This document shows, in pieces, positions 47,088 through 55,008 of a stretch of DNA of 55,008 nt. The stretch's first letter is position 1; the number at the start of each line of letters is the position of its first letter. Source of the DNA: a virus (taxonomy: Duplodnaviria; Caudoviricetes). Below the pieces are notes generated by a model. That model saw only the letters and a program-made list of their open reading frames with translations, searched no databases and was not told the DNA's origin. Position numbers and translations under genes: made by a program. Where the stretch lies: the IMG/VR virus record IMGVR_UViG_3300009149_000040, positions 1 to 55,008 of that record. One strand, given 5' to 3'.

Positions 47088-48086
47088 TTATCGTTGCCTA
47101 GTATACCGGTAACCTTTGTACTCTATAACATCTGCTACAACACTAGACACTTTTTTTGCCTTTGGTCCGCCAGGAACTGTAGCATTAGCATCCTCATCAA
47201 TTGCGTTAGTAGGAGAATCGTCTCTAACCTGCTTTTTAGTAGGAAGCTCTTGCGTCTCAACATCATCACGCTTAGAAGGAGTTGAAACTGGGGTGTCATC
47301 TACTTTTTTCAGTTTACCTTCTTGTTTCAATTTAATCAACTGCTGTGCATTGGCTGAAACCGCATCCTCCATTGCTCCTTGTAACACATCATAGATAGTC
47401 CCATTCCAATTACGAAGAGCGTGTTCACCAATAGATTTAGCTACTAAGGTGGGGGTTTCACTGAATATAATCATAAGGTCAGTGAGTTCTAATTCGTTGA
47501 AATCAGGACTATACTTCTGTATTAAACTACTTATAGGAGTATTTGGATCTTTTTGTAGAAGTGGTTGAAGCAGTTTGATGTACCCAATTGTTTCTCTAAG
47601 TAGTCTGTCCCCTTTATAAGGAAGGTCTACGTCAGAAAGAACTGCGGCTTCTTTAGCGGTATAAAAGGGCATTACGCCAAGAAACTTATACCAATTTGCT
47701 GTAACAGATGCGGCTTTACTTGGAGAGCGTTCTTGCTTCCACCACCTCTCGGCTTCTGTCATCAGAATTTTGTCAACAGCTGCACTGATTATGTTCATAA
47801 GGGACAAATTTTCTGATATTTGTCCCTTATTATCAAAAATCTCATTTATATGTGAGTATCCGATAGATGGATTATGTAGAAGTAACCGATGTATAAGATC
47901 TAAATCAGCGTAGTCAAACCTAAATGAGGTAAGCTCTTCGCGTATATCTTTTGCTGGATCTTTAGCATTCGCAGGAATATCAGAAACACGTGTCTTGATG
48001 AACTTCTCAATTAGCTTACGTAGATCACCACTGTAACTAAGTGACTTTCCTCTACCAGATTCTTTAATTCGAGTACTAACAGCCAT
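47088..48086 (-). CDS. putative virion protein with C-terminal tag
   Basis: DVIEYKGYRYTRQR; start moved below the hairpin. Confidence 0.6.
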   Translation of the reverse strand: MAVSTRIKESGRGKSLSYSGDLRKLIEKFIKTRVSDIPANAKDPAKDIREELTSFRFDYADLDLIHRLLLHNPSIGYSHINEIFDNKGQISENLSLMNIISAAVDKILMTEAERWWKQERSPSKAASVTANWYKFLGVMPFYTAKEAAVLSDVDLPYKGDRLLRETIGYIKLLQPLLQKDPNTPISSLIQKYSPDFNELELTDLMIIFSETPTLVAKSIGEHALRNWNGTIYDVLQGAMEDAVSANAQQLIKLKQEGKLKKVDDTPVSTPSKRDDVETQELPTKKQVRDDSPTNAIDEDANATVPGGPKAKKVSSVVADVIEYKGYRYTRQR

Positions 48087-48115
48087 GTTACAGAATCCTA
48101 AAACAAAGTGTATGA

Positions 48116-48152
48116 GTACAGGGTGGTATAGGTTATCTGTACCACCCTGTAC
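48116..48152 (-). terminator. hairpin/terminator
   Basis: gtacagggtggta...taccaccctgtac perfect 13-bp stem. Confidence 0.65.
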
Positions 48153-48197
48153 CATACACAGGATTTACGCTGTATCCCAGGTGTCTACAGTAGACTA

Positions 48198-48626
48198 CTA
48201 TACCCAAGCTCGTGCGCCTGCAGCGCCGATAGCTGTTTCGCGTGCTAAAGTAGTAGTGTTATAAATAGTGAATCCCTCGGGTACATCGTTTGCATCTGGG
48301 CGTGTTCCACCAGGTCCACTAGTGTACACTGGAATAACTCCCAAAGACATTGCAGTAGGTGCTTCAATTGCTGCAAAGTAGTTAGGATCAGTGATACCTA
48401 GTGCAACATAACCCAAATCTGGGTTGTTAAACGAAACAGAGATCATACCTAAACCAAGCAGCGCTTTAACTTCCTCTGCGCGATCTACACTACTAGACAG
48501 ATAGCTAAGCGGGAAACTCTTTTGCTGCCCATTTTTTAGGAATACGGGACCGACTACCAAAGGGTAAGCTGATCTATTTGTGATAGTGATCTGCGCTCCA
48601 GGTGAGTTAACAATTCTTGTTGCCAT
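48198..48626 (-). CDS. putative minor structural protein
   Basis: beta-rich, TRPD...EGFTIYNTT fibre-like motif, RBS aggag. Confidence 0.5.
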   Translation of the reverse strand: MATRIVNSPGAQITITNRSAYPLVVGPVFLKNGQQKSFPLSYLSSSVDRAEEVKALLGLGMISVSFNNPDLGYVALGITDPNYFAAIEAPTAMSLGVIPVYTSGPGGTRPDANDVPEGFTIYNTTTLARETAIGAAGARAWV

Positions 48627-48804
48627 TTTCGTTCGCTCCTAAATGATGGGTTCTATTACCCACGCTAAAAAAGACGCAAGTATGACACCAGGGTTAAACT
48701 ACACTATATAGTAACAATAATTTAGGAGTGATGGAGAAAAGAAAACGAATGCAGATTTTTGAAAGATCTTCGGACAGAAAATCTTAATAGAAAGGAACTA
48801 TGTG

Positions 48805-49836
48805 CTAGATATCGAAAGACTTTGCCAACTTCCAACCTCTCTTCTCGTCCCAGCCCTCGTTTACTACCAAGGATACGTATAGAACCTTCTCAGAAGACTG
48901 GTCTACCGCTACCTGTCCAAAAAATTGGTCGTTTTTTAAAGTCTTAAGCGACGTACGCTCTTTTGTCTCAACCGCTTCCGCAACAAAATCATCCTCAAGC
49001 AACTCGCGTACTTGCGCCTTAGCAATAGTATCCTGCTCCAAATCTGATTTTGCCAAAGCAGTACACAAAGAATCCATGTCAGACAAGTCAACTAGCTGCA
49101 GCGGTGCCCGAGTCTTCATGACATTCTTAGTGTTCAAACGCATCTTGGATGCCATAATTGCAGCAGAACCATAGCATACACGCACCAAAGGTTCCCAAAT
49201 TGTACGCCAATACTCAGCAGAAGGTGCACGTTCAACACCTACTACAGTACCATTGATTAAGACTATTGCCCCAACCTGGTTATCGATAAGCTCGAACTCA
49301 GCAATAAACTCATCCAATTGACGTTCATAATTCTGCAGGTAGTTAACCAAGTTACGATCTGTTCCAAGACCATTCTCATTAGAAAGTTTACCAATGGACC
49401 CCCATAGTTTGTTGTAACTACGATTACCGCGCATCTCTAACGCAGGACGTCTAAGGGCTAAGGGAAGAATCAAAAGCTTATGAGCATCTTCTGAAATTGC
49501 CCCAGGCTGTGTGGCTTGAATACACATAGCGTCATCAAACTTACGACGGCTCTTCCCCGGAACGATTGCCGCAGTAGTCATAGCATGATCCTGTGCAGAC
49601 TGCTTTACTACGTAACCAACGTTAGTTGGTATCAAAACCGGCTTAGAATCGGGGTTTGAAAAATTCATCACCCCATAATCGCTAGTACCAACACGAACGA
49701 TATCAGGGTTAGCAAACCGGTAGTCCTGCAGTTCATCTTCCATAATTAGTGGAATTACCTGCATAGACCCTACAGTCTGAATACGGCCAACTTCGCAACC
49801 ACGAAGAATTTCACGAATTGTTGTTTTCATAGTCAC
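48805..49836 (-). CDS. ARPP-1/DUF6569-like protein
   Basis: MQVIPL, AQDHAM, AMCIQATQPG, EFE...NQVGAIVLING.VVGVE. Confidence 0.6.
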   Translation of the reverse strand: MTMKTTIREILRGCEVGRIQTVGSMQVIPLIMEDELQDYRFANPDIVRVGTSDYGVMNFSNPDSKPVLIPTNVGYVVKQSAQDHAMTTAAIVPGKSRRKFDDAMCIQATQPGAISEDAHKLLILPLALRRPALEMRGNRSYNKLWGSIGKLSNENGLGTDRNLVNYLQNYERQLDEFIAEFELIDNQVGAIVLINGTVVGVERAPSAEYWRTIWEPLVRVCYGSAAIMASKMRLNTKNVMKTRAPLQLVDLSDMDSLCTALAKSDLEQDTIAKAQVRELLEDDFVAEAVETKERTSLKTLKNDQFFGQVAVDQSSEKVLYVSLVVNEGWDEKRGWKLAKSFDI

Positions 49837-49841
49837 ACCTC

Positions 49842-51983
49842 CTACCTAGACAGAATAGTGGCTGTCTGACGCCCAATATCCGTATGCTTAACAAAGTCTG
49901 CCCCAGCAACTTTTACAAGACCACGTCTGCCTAGCGCACTGACGGTACTTTCATTTATAATACCATGGAACTTAACAAGACCACGTTTGTCCGGAGTGGC
50001 TCTGTAAAGCTCAATCATCGCAGTGGCCATTGGAGGAGAAAGCACCTTTGCAGCCTCCGCTGCTGCTTTAGATGGTTTACCACCAGTGGACAACTTACGT
50101 GGAGTGGTAGCCTCCTGAAGCGCCTTTTTACCAGTAAGTGCATCTAGCATCAAAGCACGTGCTTGCTTAAGCAGCGCACGAACCCCTGCCAGGGGATCCT
50201 GTTCCATAGCCTCACGTAGCAAAGAAGCTCCAAAGGCACTTGGATTCTGAACAGGCATCGTAGGTACGATACCTGGAGCAAGTTGCCTAACGGAAGCGGT
50301 CTCTGCCGCTGCAACAGGGTTAAGGTGATAAATCGGAATAGTAATCCCAATTTTTCTAACTGCCCTAACCGTCTCTGCAAATCTCCCCGCAGGAGTATTC
50401 TCGTAACCATCCGAGATTACGTACACCGCAGTTGGATTGTGGTCCCGAATTGCTTTTGCAAAGGGGAGTGCCAAAGACGTATCCCCAGATGGAAATACCA
50501 TCCTACCTTTTCCCTTACCTCCGACGATTACTGCCTTAGCACCTGCGGCAATAAACATATCGCGCATCGCCAAAGCAGTAGCCATTGGACGCAGCTTCTG
50601 CGTCTGGTCACCAAACATAGACCTAGAAGCATCTACTAGAACAACAGCACCGTCACAATCAATAGGCAGTTGTGCTGCAGATTTACGTGCTTTCTCGTCC
50701 AAAGCTTTACGAATGTTATCGTCTAGTTTACGCTCAAAAGCATATAGGTACAGACGAGTAGCATCGTAGCTGTTTGGATCAAAGGTAATAGTTACTCCAG
50801 CTTTCTCAGCACGAGTTTGTACTTGGATCTTCTGCTTCGCGGTCATTGACCCCGATTTTGCAGAGATCTTTACAATCTCTTCCTTCTTCGTACCTTTGTG
50901 GTAAACAGAACGAATACCTTCCAGTACTTCTGGAGGAAGAGTTTTTCCAGCAGCCAAATCTGTTCTAGCCGCAATATACGACTGAAACAGTGGACGCGAC
51001 CACTCTTCTTTAGAAGACCCTCTAGAGATAACAAAAGCTACACATTCGCAAACGGTTGCCAAATCGTTTGCTCCCAAGTAGGGTACTACCTGAGTCTGTA
51101 AAATTTGTTTTTCTTTTGGTCCTAAAACGGTGTTTGCTCCGTTATCTGCAAATCTACGTCCAAGTGTATGAATGGTACTTGCAAGACGCTTTCCCCACGC
51201 GTGCTTCAATGCACGTTGCATCTTACGTCGATATTTTACCGACCACCATTCAATGTTAGGAGAGCTTAGAATAGCGCTCAACATAACACGTCTAGTACGG
51301 CTGTTGTTACATCCACTATCCAATAGCATCTCAAAGAGCTGGAACATTCTTGGAACAGTAATACTCTGTACTAGAGCCTTTACCAGCTCTCGTTCCCCTT
51401 CCAGCTCTGTCTGGGTTGGAGTTCCGTTATCCGGCCACTCCAACAGAAACCAGCAGACAAGCTTCCGCGCATTATCTGTTAGTCCTGAAAGACACGACAG
51501 AATTCCGTAAGTCTGGCGGTCTACGTTAAACATGGCAGCATGTGCCAAGCGTTCAGCTTTGATCTGGTCTTCTTTGGTATTATAGTGCGTTCCACGCCCC
51601 ATACCGGTTGTAGCAATATCCAGGAAGCTAGATACTACTCTACCGATAATGCGCTGCTCACGCATGTTTAAACCAAGGTCCTCCTTACGAAGAAGACGAG
51701 TGGCCAACTTAGGCACAGAAGGGATGCTATACTGCTCACAGTAAACTCCCTGCTTGTCTGCTGCAGCCACTAGCGAGTCAACCGCCTCGGTATCTGTGAC
51801 CACATACCCGTCAAGTACCTTCCCATCAGGACCAGGAACTGAGTTAAGCCCAGGTTCCACAGAAATACCGATCTGCAGTCCAAGCTTAACTCCCTTATCG
51901 GTGTTTTCAAGGAAGATTACTTGCGAGATGGCACGGGTGCCCATCAGCCTACGCAGCTCTGTTGTTTGTAGTCCCTTACGCAT
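49842..51983 (-). CDS. TROVE/Ro60-like helical + vWA protein
   Basis: long helical domain followed by vWA MIDAS (VLVDASRSM, GDTSL, VISDGYEN); RBS ggagg before MRKGL at 51983; adjacent tRNA-mimic RNAs. Confidence 0.65.
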   Translation of the reverse strand: MRKGLQTTELRRLMGTRAISQVIFLENTDKGVKLGLQIGISVEPGLNSVPGPDGKVLDGYVVTDTEAVDSLVAAADKQGVYCEQYSIPSVPKLATRLLRKEDLGLNMREQRIIGRVVSSFLDIATTGMGRGTHYNTKEDQIKAERLAHAAMFNVDRQTYGILSCLSGLTDNARKLVCWFLLEWPDNGTPTQTELEGERELVKALVQSITVPRMFQLFEMLLDSGCNNSRTRRVMLSAILSSPNIEWWSVKYRRKMQRALKHAWGKRLASTIHTLGRRFADNGANTVLGPKEKQILQTQVVPYLGANDLATVCECVAFVISRGSSKEEWSRPLFQSYIAARTDLAAGKTLPPEVLEGIRSVYHKGTKKEEIVKISAKSGSMTAKQKIQVQTRAEKAGVTITFDPNSYDATRLYLYAFERKLDDNIRKALDEKARKSAAQLPIDCDGAVVLVDASRSMFGDQTQKLRPMATALAMRDMFIAAGAKAVIVGGKGKGRMVFPSGDTSLALPFAKAIRDHNPTAVYVISDGYENTPAGRFAETVRAVRKIGITIPIYHLNPVAAAETASVRQLAPGIVPTMPVQNPSAFGASLLREAMEQDPLAGVRALLKQARALMLDALTGKKALQEATTPRKLSTGGKPSKAAAEAAKVLSPPMATAMIELYRATPDKRGLVKFHGIINESTVSALGRRGLVKVAGADFVKHTDIGRQTATILSR

Positions 51984-52015
51984 TTTAGAGGCCTCCATTT
52001 GTAGATACAAAAATA

Positions 52016-52037
52016 AAGGGCTCACGGAGGAGCCCTT
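52016..52037 (-). terminator. hairpin + T-run between the RNA cluster and the TROVE-like gene
   Basis: aagggctc/gagccctt followed by tattttt on the - strand. Confidence 0.6.
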
Positions 52038-52060
52038 ATCCGAAATAATCAAAAAAAGAA

Positions 52061-52184
52061 TACGAGGAAATTTGAAGGTCAGTAAAGTTGTGAAATACGG
52101 GACTTGAACCCGCAACCTCTTCATTATGGGTGAAGCGCTCTAACCAAGTGAGCTAATTTCTGTAACGACCTTACCGTCCTCGTA
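52061..52184 (-). ncRNA. Y-RNA-like tRNA mimic (CAT anticodon loop)
   Basis: terminal stem tacgagga/tcctcgta, inner aaggtc/gacctt, enclosing D arm, cttca-cccataa-tgaag and gcggg-ttcaagt-cccgt; no CCA end. Confidence 0.7.
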
Positions 52185-52197
52185 CATTGATATTAAA

Positions 52198-52346
52198 TTT
52201 GAGGAAATGTGAGAGCAAAGAGTTGACATTTTTTAAATGCCGGATCTATATTCCGGTGCCTTAACCATTTGGCTACTTCCCCGTATATGGGGAAGCTAGG
52301 ATTCGAACCTAGATATTTGTTCTGTACTTGCTCTGCAGTCCTCAAA
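52198..52346 (-). ncRNA. Y-RNA-like circularly permuted tRNA mimic
   Basis: same outer stems enclosing T arm (ctagg ttcgaat cctag), loop-closed acceptor stem cttcccc-atatac-ggggaag, D arm, anticodon arm. Confidence 0.75.
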
Positions 52347-52374
52347 ATCTTGTGTTCTATCAAAAACTAAAAAA

Positions 52375-52515
52375 TGAATAAAGGAAATGCGGAAGTAAAG
52401 TGATGAAGTTACAAGGAGCAGGATTTGAACCCGCGACCTTCGGTGTGCAATACCGACGCTCAACCAACTGAGCTATCATTGTGTTTTCTGTACTTACTTC
52501 ACCGTCCTCTATTCA
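52375..52515 (-). ncRNA. Y-RNA-like tRNA mimic (TGC anticodon loop)
   Basis: tgaatagagga/tcctttattca stem, gaagtaa/ttacttc, enclosing tagctcagttggttgagc, tcggt-attgcac-accga, gcggg-ttcaaat-cctgc. Confidence 0.7.
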
Positions 52516-52542
52516 AATCGTGATTCCTTGTTGTCTGCTCCT

Positions 52543-52570
52543 ATTATAAGCATCTATAGCCTACTGTCAA
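52543..52570 (-). promoter_or_regulatory. consensus sigma70 promoter TTGACA-N16-TATAAT
   Basis: tgtcaa 52565-70 and attata 52543-48, ~25 nt upstream of the first RNA unit. Confidence 0.75.
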
Positions 52571-52616
52571 TACCTTTTTAGGGGCTCTAACACTATTTTC
52601 TGCTTACCAAGTCTAC

Positions 52617-52829
52617 CTAAAGAGGAGTGTCTGTTTTATCTTCTGTCAACGCAGAAAGCCACTCTTTAGCCTCTGCAATGCTTGCCTTTAAACCACGTAC
52701 ATCCCTTCTAGCGCGTACCACAACTGCTTTAGCTTTAGTTACGCGAGCTTCTGCTTTGCGGAGGTCTCCTTCTAGACCTTTGAGTAGCGTAGTTTGCTCA
52801 GTAATCTTCTTTTCCTTAACTGACATCAA
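52617..52829 (-). CDS. small coiled-coil protein
   Basis: RBS aggagg, heptads. Confidence 0.55.
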   Translation of the reverse strand: MMSVKEKKITEQTTLLKGLEGDLRKAEARVTKAKAVVVRARRDVRGLKASIAEAKEWLSALTEDKTDTPL

Positions 52830-53104
52830 ATCCTCCTAACGAGTCCTTTGCAGAGTTCTAGTAGGCTTCCCAACATACTCTGTGTATCCTGCTTAAACGG
52901 TATACTCAATTGTGCATAAAAAACTTCTACACGTATACCCAAACGCTCTGATTTTTCATTCGCGGCAGCTAGTGCCTCGTCGTAATCTAGGAAAACTGCT
53001 GGAGCATTTCCATTATCCGCCATAGCCCTATCTATAGGTGGGGCGTTTCCCATGTGACGTAGACCAATAAAAAATACTGTATGCTCCCAACTTCCGTTTT
53101 CCAT
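52826..53104 (-). CDS. hypothetical protein
   Basis: 92 aa ORF overlapping the next start. Confidence 0.5.
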   Translation of the reverse strand: MENGSWEHTVFFIGLRHMGNAPPIDRAMADNGNAPAVFLDYDEALAAANEKSERLGIRVEVFYAQLSIPFKQDTQSMLGSLLELCKGLVRRI

Positions 53105-53134
53105 TTGGCCCCGTCTATAACTTAGATAAAAGGT

Positions 53135-53467
53135 CTAAGATGGTAACAGTTTGTATACACTTCCTTTATACTCAATATAAGTAGCTGGTGCCACACTGGC
53201 CTCTTTCTCTTTTACAGTTTCCTTAGCTTCTTTTTCCATTGTTGCCAGGCGGTCATAATAATCTGCAAATTCGTTTAGATGTGCTAGAGCGATCTTTGCG
53301 GTCGTGACAGGGTCATCATCGGTGACGTTGGTATCTTTGCTACGGGTACCATGCTCAAGCTCAACGTCCATACCCTTAGCTAGATCGGAGGAAGAGAACT
53401 TCAATTTGTCCCAATCCAACCCTAGTTCTTCTGCTACTGCTTCGGCGTCTTTTTTAGAAAATCCCAT
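53135..53467 (-). CDS. DUF5661-like protein with C-terminal tag
   Basis: KGMDVELEH...AKIALAHLNE..DYYDRL; TYIEYKGSVYKLL. Confidence 0.7.
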   Translation of the reverse strand: MGFSKKDAEAVAEELGLDWDKLKFSSSDLAKGMDVELEHGTRSKDTNVTDDDPVTTAKIALAHLNEFADYYDRLATMEKEAKETVKEKEASVAPATYIEYKGSVYKLLPS

Positions 53468-53572
53468 AGTAGGTCTCCAAGTTTGTGAATGGTTGTAGTG
53501 CTATATAGTAGTAACATACTACTAATCTTTACAACTTTCAACTTGGTTGTAGACCAAACTACTTGTAGAATA

Positions 53573-53647
53573 TAGCTACGAGTGGATTCGAACCACCAAC
53601 ATTACGCCCCTCAAGCGTACGCCTCTAGCCAATTGGGCCACGTAGCC
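53573..53647 (-). tRNA. tRNA-Leu(GAG), short variable loop, no encoded CCA
   Basis: ggctacg/cgtagct acceptor, tacgc-ttgaggg-gcgta, ggtgg-ttcgaat-ccact, A73. Confidence 0.8.
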
Positions 53648-53651
53648 ATAA

Positions 53652-53725
53652 TGCCCTCGCTGAGATTTGAACTCAGAAATCACGGCTCTGAACCGTGCAC
53701 CTTTAGCCAGTTAGGTCACGAGGGC
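53652..53725 (-). tRNA. tRNA-Leu(CAG), short variable loop, no encoded CCA
   Basis: gccctcg/cgagggc acceptor, cacgg-ttcagag-ccgtg, ctgag-ttcaaat-ctcag, A73. Confidence 0.85.
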
Positions 53726-53795
53726 CTGATGAATCCAGTAGATGACACAAAATATTTATCTGTCAAGAAGAAGCTAAGCTTAGTTACTATATTAC

Positions 53796-54434
53796 ATGAA
53801 AACACGAACAATAAAATACAATGGTAGTTTGTATACTCGGGTAGCATATACTAACGAAGATTTGTTAACCTATGAGCAAATACGTATGAGAGGGGCAGTA
53901 GAAATAGGTGACGCCTATGGTCCAGATAATAAATGGAACCCAGGATGGGCAGACATAGATGGCAAAAAATTTGCTCATGTAGACGCTTTAGATGAAAGTA
54001 TGCGGCCAATACAGCAATTTCTTCGAGTGGACAATTTAGAAGGGTGGAGATGGGAATGGATGGAAGGGCACACACAAGAAGATGTAATCGAGATGTTCGA
54101 AAGTTATAACGAAGCTAAGCGTAGGCAGAAAAATGGTAGTACATATACGCTTGCAGAAGATACCAGTAATACTAATCTCGTTGTCAAATATATAATACGT
54201 GAATCTGGATGGATGCACGATCTCCTAGAAGAAGCTAAAAGTCAAAACAGCCGCTTCAGGGACATACTAAAAGAAGTAGTAACAGAAGATCTCTTGAGGA
54301 AGGTTCCAAAAGTTAGCGGAGCTGCTGAAGAACTGATGAACAGATCTTTGAAAGACCTGTTAAAGTATGTTAATTGGAATGTGGTGGCCAAAAGAGCAAA
54401 AGCAATAGCAGAAGAAGATTACGGGATGGTCTGA
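53796..54434 (+). CDS. putative virion protein with N-terminal tag
   Basis: TRTIKYNGSLYTRVA. Confidence 0.6.
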   Translation: MKTRTIKYNGSLYTRVAYTNEDLLTYEQIRMRGAVEIGDAYGPDNKWNPGWADIDGKKFAHVDALDESMRPIQQFLRVDNLEGWRWEWMEGHTQEDVIEMFESYNEAKRRQKNGSTYTLAEDTSNTNLVVKYIIRESGWMHDLLEEAKSQNSRFRDILKEVVTEDLLRKVPKVSGAAEELMNRSLKDLLKYVNWNVVAKRAKAIAEEDYGMV

Positions 54435-54436
54435 GA

Positions 54437-54898
54437 TTAGATCACAGGTCCCCTTCCAACACCCGGCTCTACCGCCTGCCAAAACCCCGCAAACCTAACT
54501 GGTATCGTTTCCATTTCAAGCTCTTTCGCAATCCAGAGACGATGGTTCCCTTCTCCCAGCTTGGCGACACCGTTTTTGCCAAAGATCATCAAAGCGGGCT
54601 CATCCTCATCCCACCCCCACACCTTCATACTTTTACTAAGCTCCGCCCATTGTTCGTCTGTCTTCATACTATCCTTATCAGGAACACGATCATACTCACG
54701 GTACTTCCAAACTTCTTCAAGTGGATACTCAACCGTAAAAGAGCCCCACCGATCAGGACGTTCATCGTCAAGTGCCCATTTCTTAGCCACTTCTTCGATG
54801 GAGAGAGGGTTCTCAGTATCGAAATCGTAGTGGTCGTAGAAAGCACGTACGTACAGTTGGCCTCTATGTTTAACGTATTTTCCATACATCTTAGGCAC
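54437..54898 (-). CDS. ParB/Srx-like domain protein with N-terminal tag
   Basis: LGEGNHRLWIAKELEMETIPV; GKYVKHRGQLYVRA. Confidence 0.7.
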   Translation of the reverse strand: MPKMYGKYVKHRGQLYVRAFYDHYDFDTENPLSIEEVAKKWALDDERPDRWGSFTVEYPLEEVWKYREYDRVPDKDSMKTDEQWAELSKSMKVWGWDEDEPALMIFGKNGVAKLGEGNHRLWIAKELEMETIPVRFAGFWQAVEPGVGRGPVI

Positions 54899-55008
54899 GC
54901 TTGCATAGGTTAACTGATCAAACGTAGAAATGCGTTCAACATTAGCAGCTTTCTCAGAAGCAATCCCTTTAATGTAATCTACGTAGTACTGATAAAAACG
55001 CTGTTTTA

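Noticed and set aside
51984-52124. 47-aa N-terminal extension of the TROVE/vWA ORF
   Set aside because: Overlaps the tRNA-mimic unit and hairpin; a good RBS precedes ATG 51983
52061-52515. Ordinary tRNA-Met and tRNA-Ala genes
   Set aside because: Acceptor stems are short or mismatched, anticodon loops atypical, there is no CCA, and all units sit inside a shared closing scaffold
53582-53827. 81-aa + strand ORF
   Set aside because: Antisense to the two tRNA genes
1-55008. Stop-codon reassignment
   Set aside because: Long conserved genes are intact in the standard code, TAG/TGA/TAA all end genes at tight junctions, and no suppressor tRNA is seen

Overview
This window is part of a large tailed dsDNA phage (probably jumbo-class) genome. 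It uses the standard genetic code and is AT-rich apart from a GC-rich first ~310 nt. Positions 1-15782 hold a + strand block of small early/accessory genes, including a pyruvoyl arginine decarboxylase, RuvC, HNH and Zn-ribbon proteins. It converges at ~15780 with a - strand block containing a sigma-70-like factor, major capsid, decoration protein, prohead protease, scaffold, portal, large terminase, lytic transglycosylase and two tRNAs. Four things stand out. (1) A lone Cas7/RAMP-like gene (6448-7020) lies directly downstream of a non-coding GGY-NN pentamer array, and two more such arrays sit at 723-791 and 1437-1510. This is a candidate RNA-guided system without CRISPR repeats (VIPR-like). 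(2) Three Y-RNA-like tRNA mimics, one circularly permuted, lie between a consensus promoter and a TROVE/vWA-like plus ARPP-like gene pair. (3) A ~14-aa beta-hairpin tag occurs about 24 times in 19 otherwise unrelated proteins around the head genes, including RNA-repair-type enzymes, and may be a capsid-targeting signal. (4) A second short motif, WxxR[VIL]xx[IV], is shared by nine early ORFs. All family assignments come from motif recognition by eye; no database search was run.
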